Shown here: positions 1 through 45,800 of the stretch, piece by piece
Numbering within the stretch: the first letter of the stretch is position 1
How the letters are laid out: each line of letters begins with the position of its first letter
Source: Bugula neritina
Taxonomy: Eukaryota; Animalia; Bryozoa
DNA length: 64,000 bases
Assembly (NCBI GenBank): GCA_964035545.1
Contig: OZ037771.1
Location: 1,499,628-1,563,627, forward strand
Reading direction: 5' to 3'
Translations under genes and position numbers: made by a program
The notes under the pieces: generated by a model
What the model saw: the letters and a program-made list of their open reading frames with translations, nothing else
Databases searched by the model: none
Told to the model about the DNA's origin: nothing

Positions 1-31
1 GTGGTTATATTATGTACTATGTTGTTTATAG

Positions 32-33378
<33,347 letters not shown>

Positions 33379-34116
33379 TGTCTTATCACTGTTGCTGTTT
33401 TCTGATTAGCATGTAGAATCAGTAGTATACTCTCTCATATTTAATATAACAATTTGTTCATTTTATTCTGGTATTTTTAATATATAGTTCACTGCATTTT
33501 GGTTGATATATCTTGTTTATTCGGCCTAGATTAATGAGTCTTGGAAGTTCACCCATGAAATATAAAAAAGTGTAGTCATGCATGTAGCAGCTATTAGTAG
33601 CCAAACAAGAAGTTCATTTAACTTCTTTTTCTGTAAATCTTCAAGCTCTTTTAGTTTTATTGTTGTCTACTATTTATTTAAATTATTTTTTTCAAATTAT
33701 ATTTTAATTCTATTGTAGTCAAAATATTGATGTTGTTAATTTTGTACATATGGTTTAATAGTTGCAACACTTGTTAGTTGTTAGGAAGCTTGTAGATTTG
33801 ATGTGCTAGAATTCCTGGATGCTTGTTGTAATATATTGTTAATCATTTCAATTGTTTCATGTTAATGTTTTACATGTGGTCAAGATGTGCCAAAAGAAAA
33901 ATATATCTATTATTACCATTACTTATGTGCAGTAAATAGCAAAGTTACTTGACTTTATTACTCAAATGACAGGTATATGACTTTGATTTGAACTGATGTT
34001 GAAATGTGATTGTATACAAAAGCATAGCAGTCTCTTTATAATAGCAACTCCTTTTAAAGTTGATTCAGTAATCAGCTTTGTATATAGTTGTCTTATTTTA
34101 TTGGATTACCGCCAAA

Positions 34117-34122
34117 AATAAA
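34117..34122 (+). terminator. Candidate polyadenylation signal (AATAAA) for BLTP1
   Basis: AATAAA about 740 nt after the stop codon, before the FBXO36 5' region. Confidence 0.35.
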
Positions 34123-34793
34123 GCTTTCTCAGTCCAGAAAGCTTTCCAGAAGCCTTCAATAGCCTAGTTTGATAGCTGTGAAGCTTATTGTCAGTTGTGC
34201 ATATTCTTCGTGTTCCAGTCAGTAAGGGAAATGGCGGTAATTTAAGATAATGCATCAGGTAGGTGAACCATGGCAAAGGTATACCTTGCTGTTTTATTAC
34301 AATGTGCCAGTGTAAGTGAACTAAATGTAGATGTTTCTGAAATATTGCTGTAAGTATTATGGTTTATTGTAGTTCATTTATTATTTATTTTAAGCTGTAT
34401 TTAGTAATGCTTCATCATTAATTACAGGTGAGGGTGTAGATGGAAAATAATATGGTAAGTAAGTGTTTCTTATGCATACCTACCTAGTTTGGAAAAAGGT
34501 TGAAGTTGAAAGGTTTAACTTGCGCCTAAAGTTATATATGACATTACATATGTGGAAAAAGCTAGCTCAATGAAAATTCAATGTGAAAATTGATTAGATA
34601 ATTGTTCAATAAGGTGCACTATGCAACACTTTTTTAGCGGGCTTGTAAATAAAATGCCACTCCATCACTTCTGACTAACTTATATTGTTTTTCGTAGGCT
34701 ATTCGGACGTTAAACACTATTGATTTTACTAGAGAAGTGACTCCGCCCAGTTAGCCTTGACCTTTACTATTTATGCTAAGTAACCGCATCAAA

Positions 34794-36596
34794 ATGGATG
34801 CTTATTCCGATATAAGTTCGCGTTGGACGGATGAGGAAGGGAATTTGTTTGAATATTCAGCTCAAGCCCCTCCTCCAAGCAAGGATTTTTGTCAAGTGGT
34901 AGTTACTTTGTCACAGGTTAGCAGTTTAGTTGCATTTTGAAAATCTAACTCCCTAAATCAACTGATTCTAGAAAGTTAACTCTGGTAAACAAAACTAAAA
35001 AGTAAAAGTAAGACTAAATTTATCATAATGATAATCGGACATTCCGTATCAGTTAAAACTTAAGCTCATTTATATTGATTGTTATTTTTAATTGATATTG
35101 TTGTGTTTTTATAAAATTTGAATTTTGTTTAAAAATAATTAATATTTTAAGCTATTTTGTTGTTTTCAAGTGAATAATCAGGAAAAGTTATCTTTAAAAT
35201 TTAAATAAAGCCAAGGTTTGTAAAATTCAAAAGTTGATTTTAGATCAGTCGAGTAATGTACTGCGCATGCATAGTTTTGTTTGAAAATTGCACGGCTGTA
35301 ATTTCATCCCACATGTGTTTTCAACACCATACTATGGTTTCAGGTGATATTTAGATGGTGGAAGATAACACACAGAAACTCTGAAAGTCAAAGATTGCGA
35401 CCAGGAGAGATTAAAGAGTGCCATGAAGACTTTTTGCTAGATGACAGAACTCAAAGTAGGTAGAACTTTTTGAGAAAACAGAGCATTTTGTGCCATTCAT
35501 TGTTAAAATAATGACTCCCCAACATGCTTTGTAGGTGTACTAATTCGGTGATTAATAATTCGCATTACAATTTCACCACACCCATTATTTTTAATATTTA
35601 CAGATATGATCCTTCTGGCTTTTGGACAGTCTACATTAGACTACATCATCAATTTGTGTCATGGCCATGTTGACTGCTTGCCCAGGTTACCTGAGTCGGT
35701 CATTAAGAAGATACTGCTGAATGTTGAACTCGAAGATATTGCTCGAGTGTCCCTTCTTAACAAGTTCTTCCACAAGGTTCCTTCTTTTAGTTAATCTAAA
35801 GTTTTTCTATCCTATAAAACTTTGTTTGTAAAAAGTTTGTTAACTGTTGAAACTAGACGTAATCTGTGCATCAGCAAAGAAGGCAAAAGTGTTGAGTGGT
35901 TGTTTGTAGCTATGCCAATTTTAGTCAGTTTTTTATCCTAATTTGTATAGTAATCTTTTACAACACAGTCAGTGAGTTTCTGATTAAGTACTAGTGCTTA
36001 TTTTTGTAATTTGAAACTGTTTTAGTGTTGAAATTTAATTTGGTATTTAGTCTAAACCAAAACCGAAACGTATTTTATAAAGCATGTGACTGTCAATTTT
36101 TTCATGATATTGTTTTTATTCTTTTTTATCAAAAGATATGCAATGACGATGATTTGTGGAAAAATTTGTTTGGTTCTGCTACCACCATCACAGATGACCT
36201 GGAAGATTTGGCTAAAGATCAGGGATGGAAGAAACTTTTCTTCTCTAATAAACTACAAATACAAGTATGTTGATGTGCAGTTGCAGTATTTAAATGTTTA
36301 TATAGCTGAGAAATTTTCAACTCAATATGCTTACTCACTGTTGATATTAATTAGTGAGCCTTTTGTCAAGTATAACCCGTATGTGTACCATTGCTAAGTG
36401 CATGTGCCAATCTCATCTACTGATCAAGGATGTACATATGTACGTATGGTCGCTTCTTTTTGTATTCTAGAGTTCTGTTGTCTTTTTGCAGATGCAGTTA
36501 CAAAGAAAGCGAAAAACAGAAGCTGAGAAAACACCTAAAGAGGAAGGAAAGAAGTTTGCTCATAACTACCACGATGAAGTTTTATCCAAACATTAG
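34794..36596 (+). CDS. FBXO36: F-box only protein 36, complete, 5 coding exons
   Basis: Exons 34794-34916, 35344-35455, 35604-35776, 36136-36264, 36492-36596. Translation MDAYSD...LFEYSAQAPPPSKDFCQVVVTLSQ|VIFRWWKIT...PGEIKECHEDFL...|...FGQSTLDYIINLCHGHVDCLPRLPESVIKKILLNVELEDIARVSLLNKFFHK|ICNDDDLWK...GWKKLFFSNKLQIQ|MQLQRKRK...* follows vertebrate FBXO36 motif by motif (PPPSKD, VIFRWWKIS, LDYVINLC, F-box, GWRQLFFTNKLQLQ). An in-frame ATG at 34773 is a possible alternative start. Confidence 0.93.
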
Positions 36597-37218
36597 ATGC
36601 GAAGCTTAAACTGTACTCTATCTAGTGTTGTGTTCAATCCTTCCATAAAACTTTTGCTTTGCTGTAGCAAAGCATGTATGCTTGTGGACTGTTGAGTGGT
36701 CATACATATTGCATATTAAATATTCAACTAGCATTATTTATCATTTTATTATATTGTTATACAGACATAAATAAGGTGCAATTGCGTGCCTATTCTATGT
36801 TTGAATGGTGAATATTCGTGTTTAAATATATAAGATATTGTGTGCTGCATGCTAATGAAAGTTGATGTGTTGATCAGAGCTGTAATTTTACATAGTGGGG
36901 GTTATTCCTGTCCCATCAAGCTGCTAAAATTCCAAGTTTTTCCAATTTTACTAGGAGTTATTTTCTCTTCAGCAAATTTTTATATTGGGAAGGCAATCCC
37001 AAATAAATAATAAACTTTTAAAAAGCAATCCTGGTTTCCTCTTTTGAATAAACAAGGAGTTGTCTGCTCATTAATTTGAATTTCATCTCGAGTTACAGAA
37101 AAGTAATGGAGTTATCTCCTCTCGAATATTCAATATTTCCAAAATTCAGGCACCTGCTTTATGGCTAGCAGCTCAAAGCCTCGCCAAATGAAAATTTTGT
37201 AAAAAAAACAAAATAATA

Positions 37219-37284
37219 GCCAGCATCAGGACTTGAACCTAGAGGTATCACCACCATATCCAAGCCCTCTACCAATCCCCTATC
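37219..37284 (-). mobile_element. Degenerate tRNA-like sequence (tRNA-derived SINE head or tRNA pseudogene)
   Basis: Minus strand reads gataggggattggtagagggcttggatatggtggtgatacctctaggttcaagtcctgatgctggc: A-box-like TAGGGGATTGG, B-box GGTTCAAGTCC in a T-stem, followed by a T-run; no intact cloverleaf. Confidence 0.45.
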
Positions 37285-37470
37285 TTTTCTGATACATTAT
37301 TGTTGGTATAAATGTTCCACATATTTTCGCAAGTCTGTATATTTTCAATACTTGACCAACACATCAGCTGTAATTTGGGCTGAAGAACTCTTGACAATAT
37401 TGTCTGAAATCAAAGCCTGTTACTTCAGCAAGATTTTAAGTCAACACATGTGTTTGATTTGACAATTAGA

Positions 37471-37476
37471 TTTATT
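37471..37476 (-). terminator. Candidate polyadenylation signal (AATAAA on minus) for Shroom
   Basis: tttatt on +, about 445 nt downstream of the Shroom stop. Confidence 0.3.
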
Positions 37477-37920
37477 ATGTACCAAACAAAGATCACTCTT
37501 GGAGTGAAAGAGAATATTATAAAAATAGTGTTTTCAAATTTAATAGGATATCATTCAAATGAGCTCGTCATGTTTTGTGTAAAATGCCAGCACTGTGTTT
37601 GACAGCTACCCTAAACCAGTGCTACTGGACTCAGGAATAAACATGAAATTATATCAAGTTAGAATATGTATATAGATTTAAAAAACAATAACTGAAAATG
37701 CATTTAAGTAATAAAATAATTAATATACAAGTATAGCTATAGTCAAAGAGATACACTATAAAGTGTACATGTCATCTTTCAGCATTTATATAAAATTCAG
37801 AGAAATAATTTATGATATTTTCACTCCTAACACTAAAACCAAGAGAGACAACTACATATATAATCTATAATATATACATTCATAACAGAACTGTCTCCGC
37901 CTATCAACTTCCTGTCAGCT

Positions 37921-39878
37921 CTACGAGGATATGGCTGTAACGGCAGCTATTTGCTCCTCGCAATGAGTTATCTGGTCTTCAATGTCACTCAGCTCCATTA
38001 TCAGTTTGAGTTTGATGCTGACGAAATGATCAAACTGCTCGAACTCCGTTTCATCGAGAGCTCTCCTCAGGAAGCCCACAATAGGAACTTTTCTCTTATC
38101 TATGCTCTCTTTCAGCGACTTGGCATCGTTATGTTGCTGCTGCAGATTATTTCGCTTTTGTTCCAGAGATTTCTATAAGAAAACATGTTCAGTAATAAAC
38201 CAGGACTAAAATAAAATATTTTAATCAACAACTTATTTAGTAATTAATTTATTTAGTAATTAGTATAAATAAAATTTACAATTTCTTCTCATAATAGCAT
38301 GTCCGTTATTTACTCTGCAGTAGCAAATACTGACATGTTATTGCAAGTCATGTTTAATGAAATGTCATTCTGGAGCCATTAAAAGGCCCCAAATGTCTAC
38401 TTGCAACCACAAACGCAGAATTTAGAGTTTTCATGCTTAGCCACCCATGAAACTATCACCAGGCATGCAAGGCAAATGGCTTAAAGCTGCTCTTTCTGGT
38501 AAAATTAGCATTATTACAAGCTAGTCAACATTTTATTGTCAGTTTCTAGAGCAATTTATAAAACTATTTAGAGCTCCATAATTATGAGGTGCTAACTGGA
38601 GTTGTGCAACTTTACCTCCCCTAACAGAGAGCATACCTTATCGTCGTCTGTGGCATCCATCGGGGCATTCCTCAACTCATTCTCGGCTCTGGCCAGACGC
38701 CGCGATAGTTTCAACAGCAGCTTTGTGATCTTCTCCACATCGTCAATGTAGGATTTGTATTTAGAAAGTTCTCTGTCGGTGCACTTGCTAGCCACAATCT
38801 CAGCCACCTACAAGTAGAGTATTTCATGTGAATCATACTATAAACTGGGAGGAGTGAGGGAGGCACAACAGCGTGACAGCACGTATCAATTAGCTGGTTC
38901 TGATTAGAACAATTAAAGATATAATTAGAACAATTGGCCTGTAATTACAAAACTGAGCAAATCAACAGCCATACCTTATCCCCACTGGCTCCATTATCTT
39001 CTATTTCGAGGCGTCTAAATGTTTGATCTTCATTCAAAACCGAAAGCTTCCTCTTTAAAACCAGCACAATTTCTTCCTGCAAACAGATATATCTCAACTA
39101 CACCAGCTTGTAGTATATTAGAGAAAGGGGGAAAGAGAAGGAGGAGAGAGGGGAGGAGAGAGAAAAAGGGGAAACCAACCTTTCTCTCCTGCACTGTGTT
39201 CAGCTCGTCGAAAGGGGAAACAGAAGGCTGAGGTGACGATGGTTTGCTGACTAGTTTCATATTGCTGCCGTCCCCGTCGCTGCTCTGCGTGGAGTGACAA
39301 GGTGAGCTGCCTACACTCTGACGCTGTTTCCTGGGCACGTCTCGACTCAACACGTCGTCAAATATTCCAGCTAAAATACGACAGCAGTTGCAAAGACAGC
39401 AGCAGTTGTAAACATTGCATCAAATCTTATTTTAAACTAGAATACATCGTTTAACCGAAAAAACTGACCGAATTGACTTACTGCAAACTCCTAAAAGCAT
39501 GTAATTGATATTTGAAAGTGTTTAAAATAGGTTTAGCATTACCCTGGGCTTATTAACATTACAAACCACTCTGTATTTCTACTGATAGCTTAACAATTGC
39601 ATTCCCTTTAGACCACCATGCATGCTGACTGAGAAATCTAACCCTAAACTCCCCCTCTAAACTCTGAAATGAGTGGATAGTGTTTTAGACTTACGCAGAT
39701 AGTCAGTGGTACCCTTCTGGGGTTTAGAAAGCACCTGACTCAGAGTGTCATCTTTGATGGAGCGACCAAGGTGCTCCACTTGTGTGTCGCATAGTATCTC
39801 GTCAGCAGACTTCTGTCTGATGTGTCGCACTGTCGGCTTCCTTTTAACAGGCGTTGATGAGTCATTCAGAGTTTTTAA
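37921..39878 (-). CDS. Shroom: ASD2/SD2 (Rho-kinase-binding coiled-coil) domain exons of Shroom
   Basis: Five exons encoding the LLLKLSRRLARAEN (cf. LLLSLSGRLARVEN) and FDHFVSIKLKL (cf. YEHFVKMKSAL) signatures. Confidence 0.9.
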
Positions 39879-42800
39879 CTGTAGAAAGCATTAGATTAAT
39901 GAGAGGGGACAATTCCTGCATAACCAGATTGTGAGATATTTCTCCCTTGGAATATAGTCAAAAACTGCACAATTAAAGGCATTCAACGGTTTCTTTATAA
40001 ATGTTTTGGTAAACAATAATAGAATAATAACTTTATCTCACTCTCAGAATGACACCGAGATAGCTTCATTGAGGTTAATAAGATTAATTATGACTATAAA
40101 TAAGCAGTAACTAATGAATAAGGAGATAAGAATGGGGATAAAACGACTCTTAATCTAAGAGCTGATGAGTCACATATGATAGACTGAGTGACAAGCAGTA
40201 CGCATCACAAACTTGCACATATTCCGTATCAAAGAAAGTGATTAAATGCCTCCAAAAAGATAAAGAAAAGAAAAATAAACATCAGTATGCATAGGTTTGG
40301 ATTACAATAGCTTGTAAAACAATCCTTGTTGACAAGCGGGAGATAACTCTTCAAGTTCCAGTTCAGCAAACAGATCACGGGCTAAGTTTAGATGAAATGC
40401 GATGCACTTACTTTAACAAGTCGAGCTTTGCTTTCATCGCTGATGCATTTATGCTTGCCCGTGATGTCTATTCCCTGTCCAGCTAGTTCTGCAATGATCT
40501 CTTTACTAATTGGAATAAATGATTTGTCGACAGGCGTGGAGGGGTCAGACTTAGCCGTGTACTTAGCATCAGATGCAGCAGATTGAGGGGACGGGGTTGA
40601 TTTACGGCTGTCACCACTCAGGCTATAAAATCATAGCCTTAAGGATTATCACAACATTATGATAACTTTAACCTGTTCAATGTAATTTAATGATAAAGTA
40701 AAATGCAATTAAATTACTCATCCATAGTGAAAATATATTAAATTTATAACTCTCCCAGTAGCTATAGGGGTCAACATATTTCTATAAACACAATAATATT
40801 TAGAGCTCTATGTAGATGTTCAGATGTCTATGGCCAAGTGTAGACATACAAGTGTAGAAGTGTAGACATACAAGTGTTGAAGTGTAGAGTCACAAATGTT
40901 GATGTGTAGACATACAAGTGTAGAAGTGTAGAGAAACAAGTGTTGATGTATAGACATACAAGTGTTGAAGTGTAGAGATACAGTAAACAGCCTCACCTGG
41001 CAAACGAAGCTCTGGTAGACCTGGAAGCAACCGGAGAGTGTTTAGGACTGCGTGGCGGAGTACGGGGAGGGAGGGTGGGTGACACCTCGTCCCGCTGTCG
41101 CACCTGATGTGCGGGTGACTCTGTCCTAGAAGATATGTTGAGAATCTCAGCTGACGGCTGCCGACTGTGGGACGCAGAGGTGGGGGTGCTGCCGGGCAGA
41201 TACCTGTCGAATGGCTTTGGTCTGTTCTCGTGTATGACATTGTTGACCAGGTGGGGGTCCAGCCTGTGCGCCGGGGTTGGCGTCGCTTTCTCTATTGCTG
41301 AAAACTCGGTTTCCCGCTGACTTAATTTGCCGGTGGGGCTGTACTTGGAGTCCGGCAGCGCTCTCTCCTCCTTGTGGATGCTCGACGAGCTGTATGACCG
41401 TCTGCTCTGCCGCTGCTTGTGCAGAGAGTGTTTACGGGTGATGTTTGCTGACAGATCCCCGGACGTGACTGTCATGTCCTCCCCTCTGGGGGAAACAGTT
41501 AGTGACTCGCTGCGGCGGTCTTTACGCTCCAGCGGTTTCGGAGGAACAACTAGATTTTCCCGACTATGATTCAACTGTTCCTTACTCTGGGCGGGAGAGA
41601 ACGTGGGCGGAGCTTCATCTCGTCCTTCAACTCGGTGTGAGCTCAGTTTAGGAGAATATTGAGGTGTATAGTCAGTGTTTGTGTTTGGCTCAGGTTCTAA
41701 AGGTTTGGCAGGTCGGGGTGCCGGTTCGACGAGCCCGCGGCTACCCACGTAGGCCGCTGGTTTACTGGCTGAAGGTATACGAGGATTCTCGCTGTGGTGT
41801 GGGAAACCCTTCACAGCCTCATTGTGGTTGATCTCAGAGTTATGTATGGTGGGTAATAATTTAGGGGGTTTGGGGGGTGGTTTGTTAGAGATTTGGTCCT
41901 TGCTCTGGCGGCGTGGTGGAGGTGGTGGCTGGACATCTGGTGAACTGGGTTCGTCTATGTCTGTTTCCAGCACCTGGGAAGATATTCACAGACAGGTAGA
42001 TATCAGGTGAAGGGAGGGAAACGAAGGAATATTCATAATAGAATGGTATATGATGGCTTATCAATACTAATTCAGCTAATCAATAGGACAGCAATGACCT
42101 ACAGATACAGCACCAAGTCTATACAATCTCACAACCTCCACACTTCACACGAACTGGACAACATTCCACCAGTAACTGCATTTTTATGTAAATTAAATAC
42201 CCTTCAATAACCCTTAACTTTGCACCTCCAATACTGAGACCTACACATGAAATATTCAGGTCCTTTACTTTAAATAATTACTTAGTATAGAGTACATCAA
42301 GACCCACACATGTACTCCACCAGCTACCTGGTGTGTGTTGTGCCTTACCTGGTGTGTGTTGTGTGAAATGCTGCTTCTGCTGCCAGTCTGTAGCTTTGGC
42401 ATCGACTCTGGAGGAGTGTATACAGATGCTGCCTGCTTGCTGCCGCTATGTTGTGGTGCCACAGAGCCGGGCAGGTGATGCGGAGGAGTGACAAATTTTG
42501 CCGAGTGTGTGTGTGGCGATACAACAGCTGGAGAGTGGCTGCTAGAGTCGGTATTGTAGCTGTGTGGTGACTGCGTCACGTTACTGTGTGCTGACCCAGA
42601 GGGTGAGTGATGAGTAATACCCTGGTTACCGGGTGGTGTCGGATGATGTGGAGAGGCAGGTGACTGCTGACTGTTTAGCCTCGATGGTGGGACCACAGCC
42701 GGTGCAGTTTTAGCGCCCTCTGGAGAAGAGCGGACATATTGGTGCTTTGAGACCCGCCTCAGCTGGGCCGTGTAGCCTGCGTCAAAGTCATTGTCACTCA

Positions 42801-45800
42801 CTTTTGTAGCACCGTTGAAGAGGTTCTGGTAGGGTTTGCCCAGGTCCTGCTCGGAATTAGTTCTACAAATATCCCAACGTGAGGTCAGACAAAACACACT
42901 AAATATGAGTTTGTAAAGTGCTAATAGCAGAGCAAAATAACAGCAAGCTTCACATTGCAATAATTAGTGGAACTGAATGGAATTTTGCAATCCAACAGAA
43001 ATAATGTGCTGAGTAAATGAACCTTGTTAAGGGGAAAATAAGCAATTTATTAATTAAAGATGAATGGAAATTAGCAACTGGAATAAATTACTCCATGTTT
43101 CACCATCGCTGTTTCAAGTATATGATGTTTTCATAGCAATAAATATTTGCAAAATAGAAGAGAAGTAAAATTCACTGAATACAAAGAGAGACATTCCAAC
43201 GTATATTATGTCCGCCACAATTAGGGAACTTCACAGCAAATTACATTTCCTAATTTTTCCCCATTGTTAGAATAAATTAGAACTCATAAAGACAGGAAAA
43301 TTCTTCTCTTTGATAGGTTTAAAAGTTCAATTCTACCTATTCAACGAAAAAATTAAATTTAGCTATTCTGCGCCAAAAAGGTTCGAAATAGCACGACTTT
43401 CTAGGAATTAGCTAGAATGGGCCAACGTAATATAATATGTTAATTTATGATTTCCAACAAGCAACAATTAGCCTCAGCACCTCAGTTTTCCCACATCAGA
43501 CCAGAACAAGCGGTCTTCATATTTACTGCTTGGAAATTATGCATAACTTTCTGTATCAATTTCGAAAGGATTGTGAAAGTAAAGATTCACACACCTGCAT
43601 CCAAGCTCACATCGGGACATAAATAACAGGATAGTTAGTGAAATAACATGGAAACATTCCAATTAGGGATTAAATTGGTATGAATCAGCAAGCAAAGTAG
43701 CACAAAATTATGAATAAACAAAAATATTTATTGTAAAGCTAATTTTATTAAACAACTAGGTTAGAAAACAATTGTTACAGAAATTTACTGTTGAATAAAA
43801 TTCTAGATTTAGTTTGTCTGTAATCAATTACATATGAGTGCACTGAAGCCTGGAACAGTGTTGAGAGCCAGTTACTATTTCTATCAGATAAAAAGTAAAA
43901 ATACACATTTTATACTATTAATAACCTTTTCATAGGGCAATAACAACTGGCCACTAGTTCAATGCATGCAATTTAATCTACAAGGCAACCTCGAGCCAAA
44001 GTCTCTCCAATAAGATGCAAAGACACTGAGAGAGAGTGGAAAAGGTTCATTAGTCATGTGGTATGCAAAATTAATATAAACTATAAATAGAATAGAATAT
44101 TATTATTAGCTCAGATAGAAACTATTATTTCAAGGAGAGCTTGTAGAATCTAAACTAGTTCGAATAAAACAGCATTCAACTTTCACTGAACCCAATGAAA
44201 AATGTTTAATATTATTTCATTGTTTTAGCCAGCCATTTATTTAATAGAATTAAATACAATATTATTTGACCCTCCATAAGGCAGCAAAAGATGACATGCA
44301 TTGAAAATGAAATCTTAAAAGAGTTGGTATTAGAAGTTTTGAATAAGTTCCAATGATGGAAAAACCTAGCAACTTATCAAGGTCTACAACCTAGAATCGC
44401 AATTCTATTTTTGTAGAAAAGTTTTTGTGCTACACACTTCCACGGCAAGCTGTAGTAAGACTATAGTATACCTGTCAAGTTTATGACTGCCAAAGTTAAA
44501 CCCCTGCAGCACCTGCTTGAGGCTGCCAATTCTGTTAATTTGACGACTCCTCGCCTCAAATAACGACTTTGAGCCACTTTTTCTCTTACAAGCGGCCATA
44601 GCTGTCTGAAGCAGTAGCAATGTGCACACACTCAACTGTTACCCCATCTAACCTAAGTGCAGCTCTAGCGAAGAGTGATTCAAGTGATAAATGAGTGTTA
44701 CAGCTAATAGGCCTAACCAATTCATAGCCGAGGAATCCTATTACTAAATACCAGTGTGGGGGTTATGCAACCAATCACAGCGCGGTATTTCAGTAACCTC
44801 CGTGACGTCGTGGTATGTCCCAACACAGCTTATCTTACATGCCTAATAATAGAATTCTAAACTCTCTACCAAAAAGGTTTGAGAAAATTCTAATGATAAA
44901 CATTAGGGGGTGAGATTAAGTCGATTGAAAACAGTTTGAATTTTATGTTGTGGTATTTTAAAGTTTCATTTGGTGGTTTGTGTTTTACTCCTGGTGCATT
45001 TCACTAGAACTCTTTGGAAAGCCATTTTAAAAACGTTTCTTGAAAATTAAAGGCATGTAGCTTATAGAATTAAGATTTAAAATTTTCCCTTCATACAGTC
45101 AATTGGACCTCTGCAGATATTTTATGTTAAAAGTTCAACCAAATAACTTTTTTCTTAAGAAACTTTTTCCAACTTCTCTCCCAACGTCTTGGAATGTTGG
45201 CCTGAAAGTAACCCATCATTTACGCAAGTGTTGGCATCTAAGAGAGTGAAAATGAAATAATTAGATCATGTTTTAGGGCCATCAATCAACCAGATTGCCA
45301 AGTGGTACTTCATTCAGTTGCCTGATGCACTCCATTCAGTCGAATGATTAATGCATAGTGCGTGCAGTGGACTAAATGAAGAACGTGGAAGTCAATATCA
45401 AAATGAGATGTCATCTAAATTTTGGCTGTGATTGAACCATGACAGATAGTAATCCCCCAGCAATTAGTAAGCAACTTCTTCTAATACTTCAGAGAAATAA
45501 AGCTACAGAGTGATGTGTAACCAAAAATCTCGCTTTCTGTAGCCCTTGATCCCATATATAAGAGTTGAAACTCAATTTACTTAAATCTGCTCTTTGTATA
45601 AACAAGTATAGCGTATTTATAGGAGTAATCTCCCCTTCACGTACACCACAATTTGTAAGAGCTGGGTACACCAAGAACCCAAATAGCCATTGCTCCATCA
45701 AGACAGGTTAAGCTACACATGACAACAGGCTATAATCCTTTCACTGCATGGTGAAGAGTGTATACATGTAGGGGAAATAACTCCACATAACACTTGCTGG

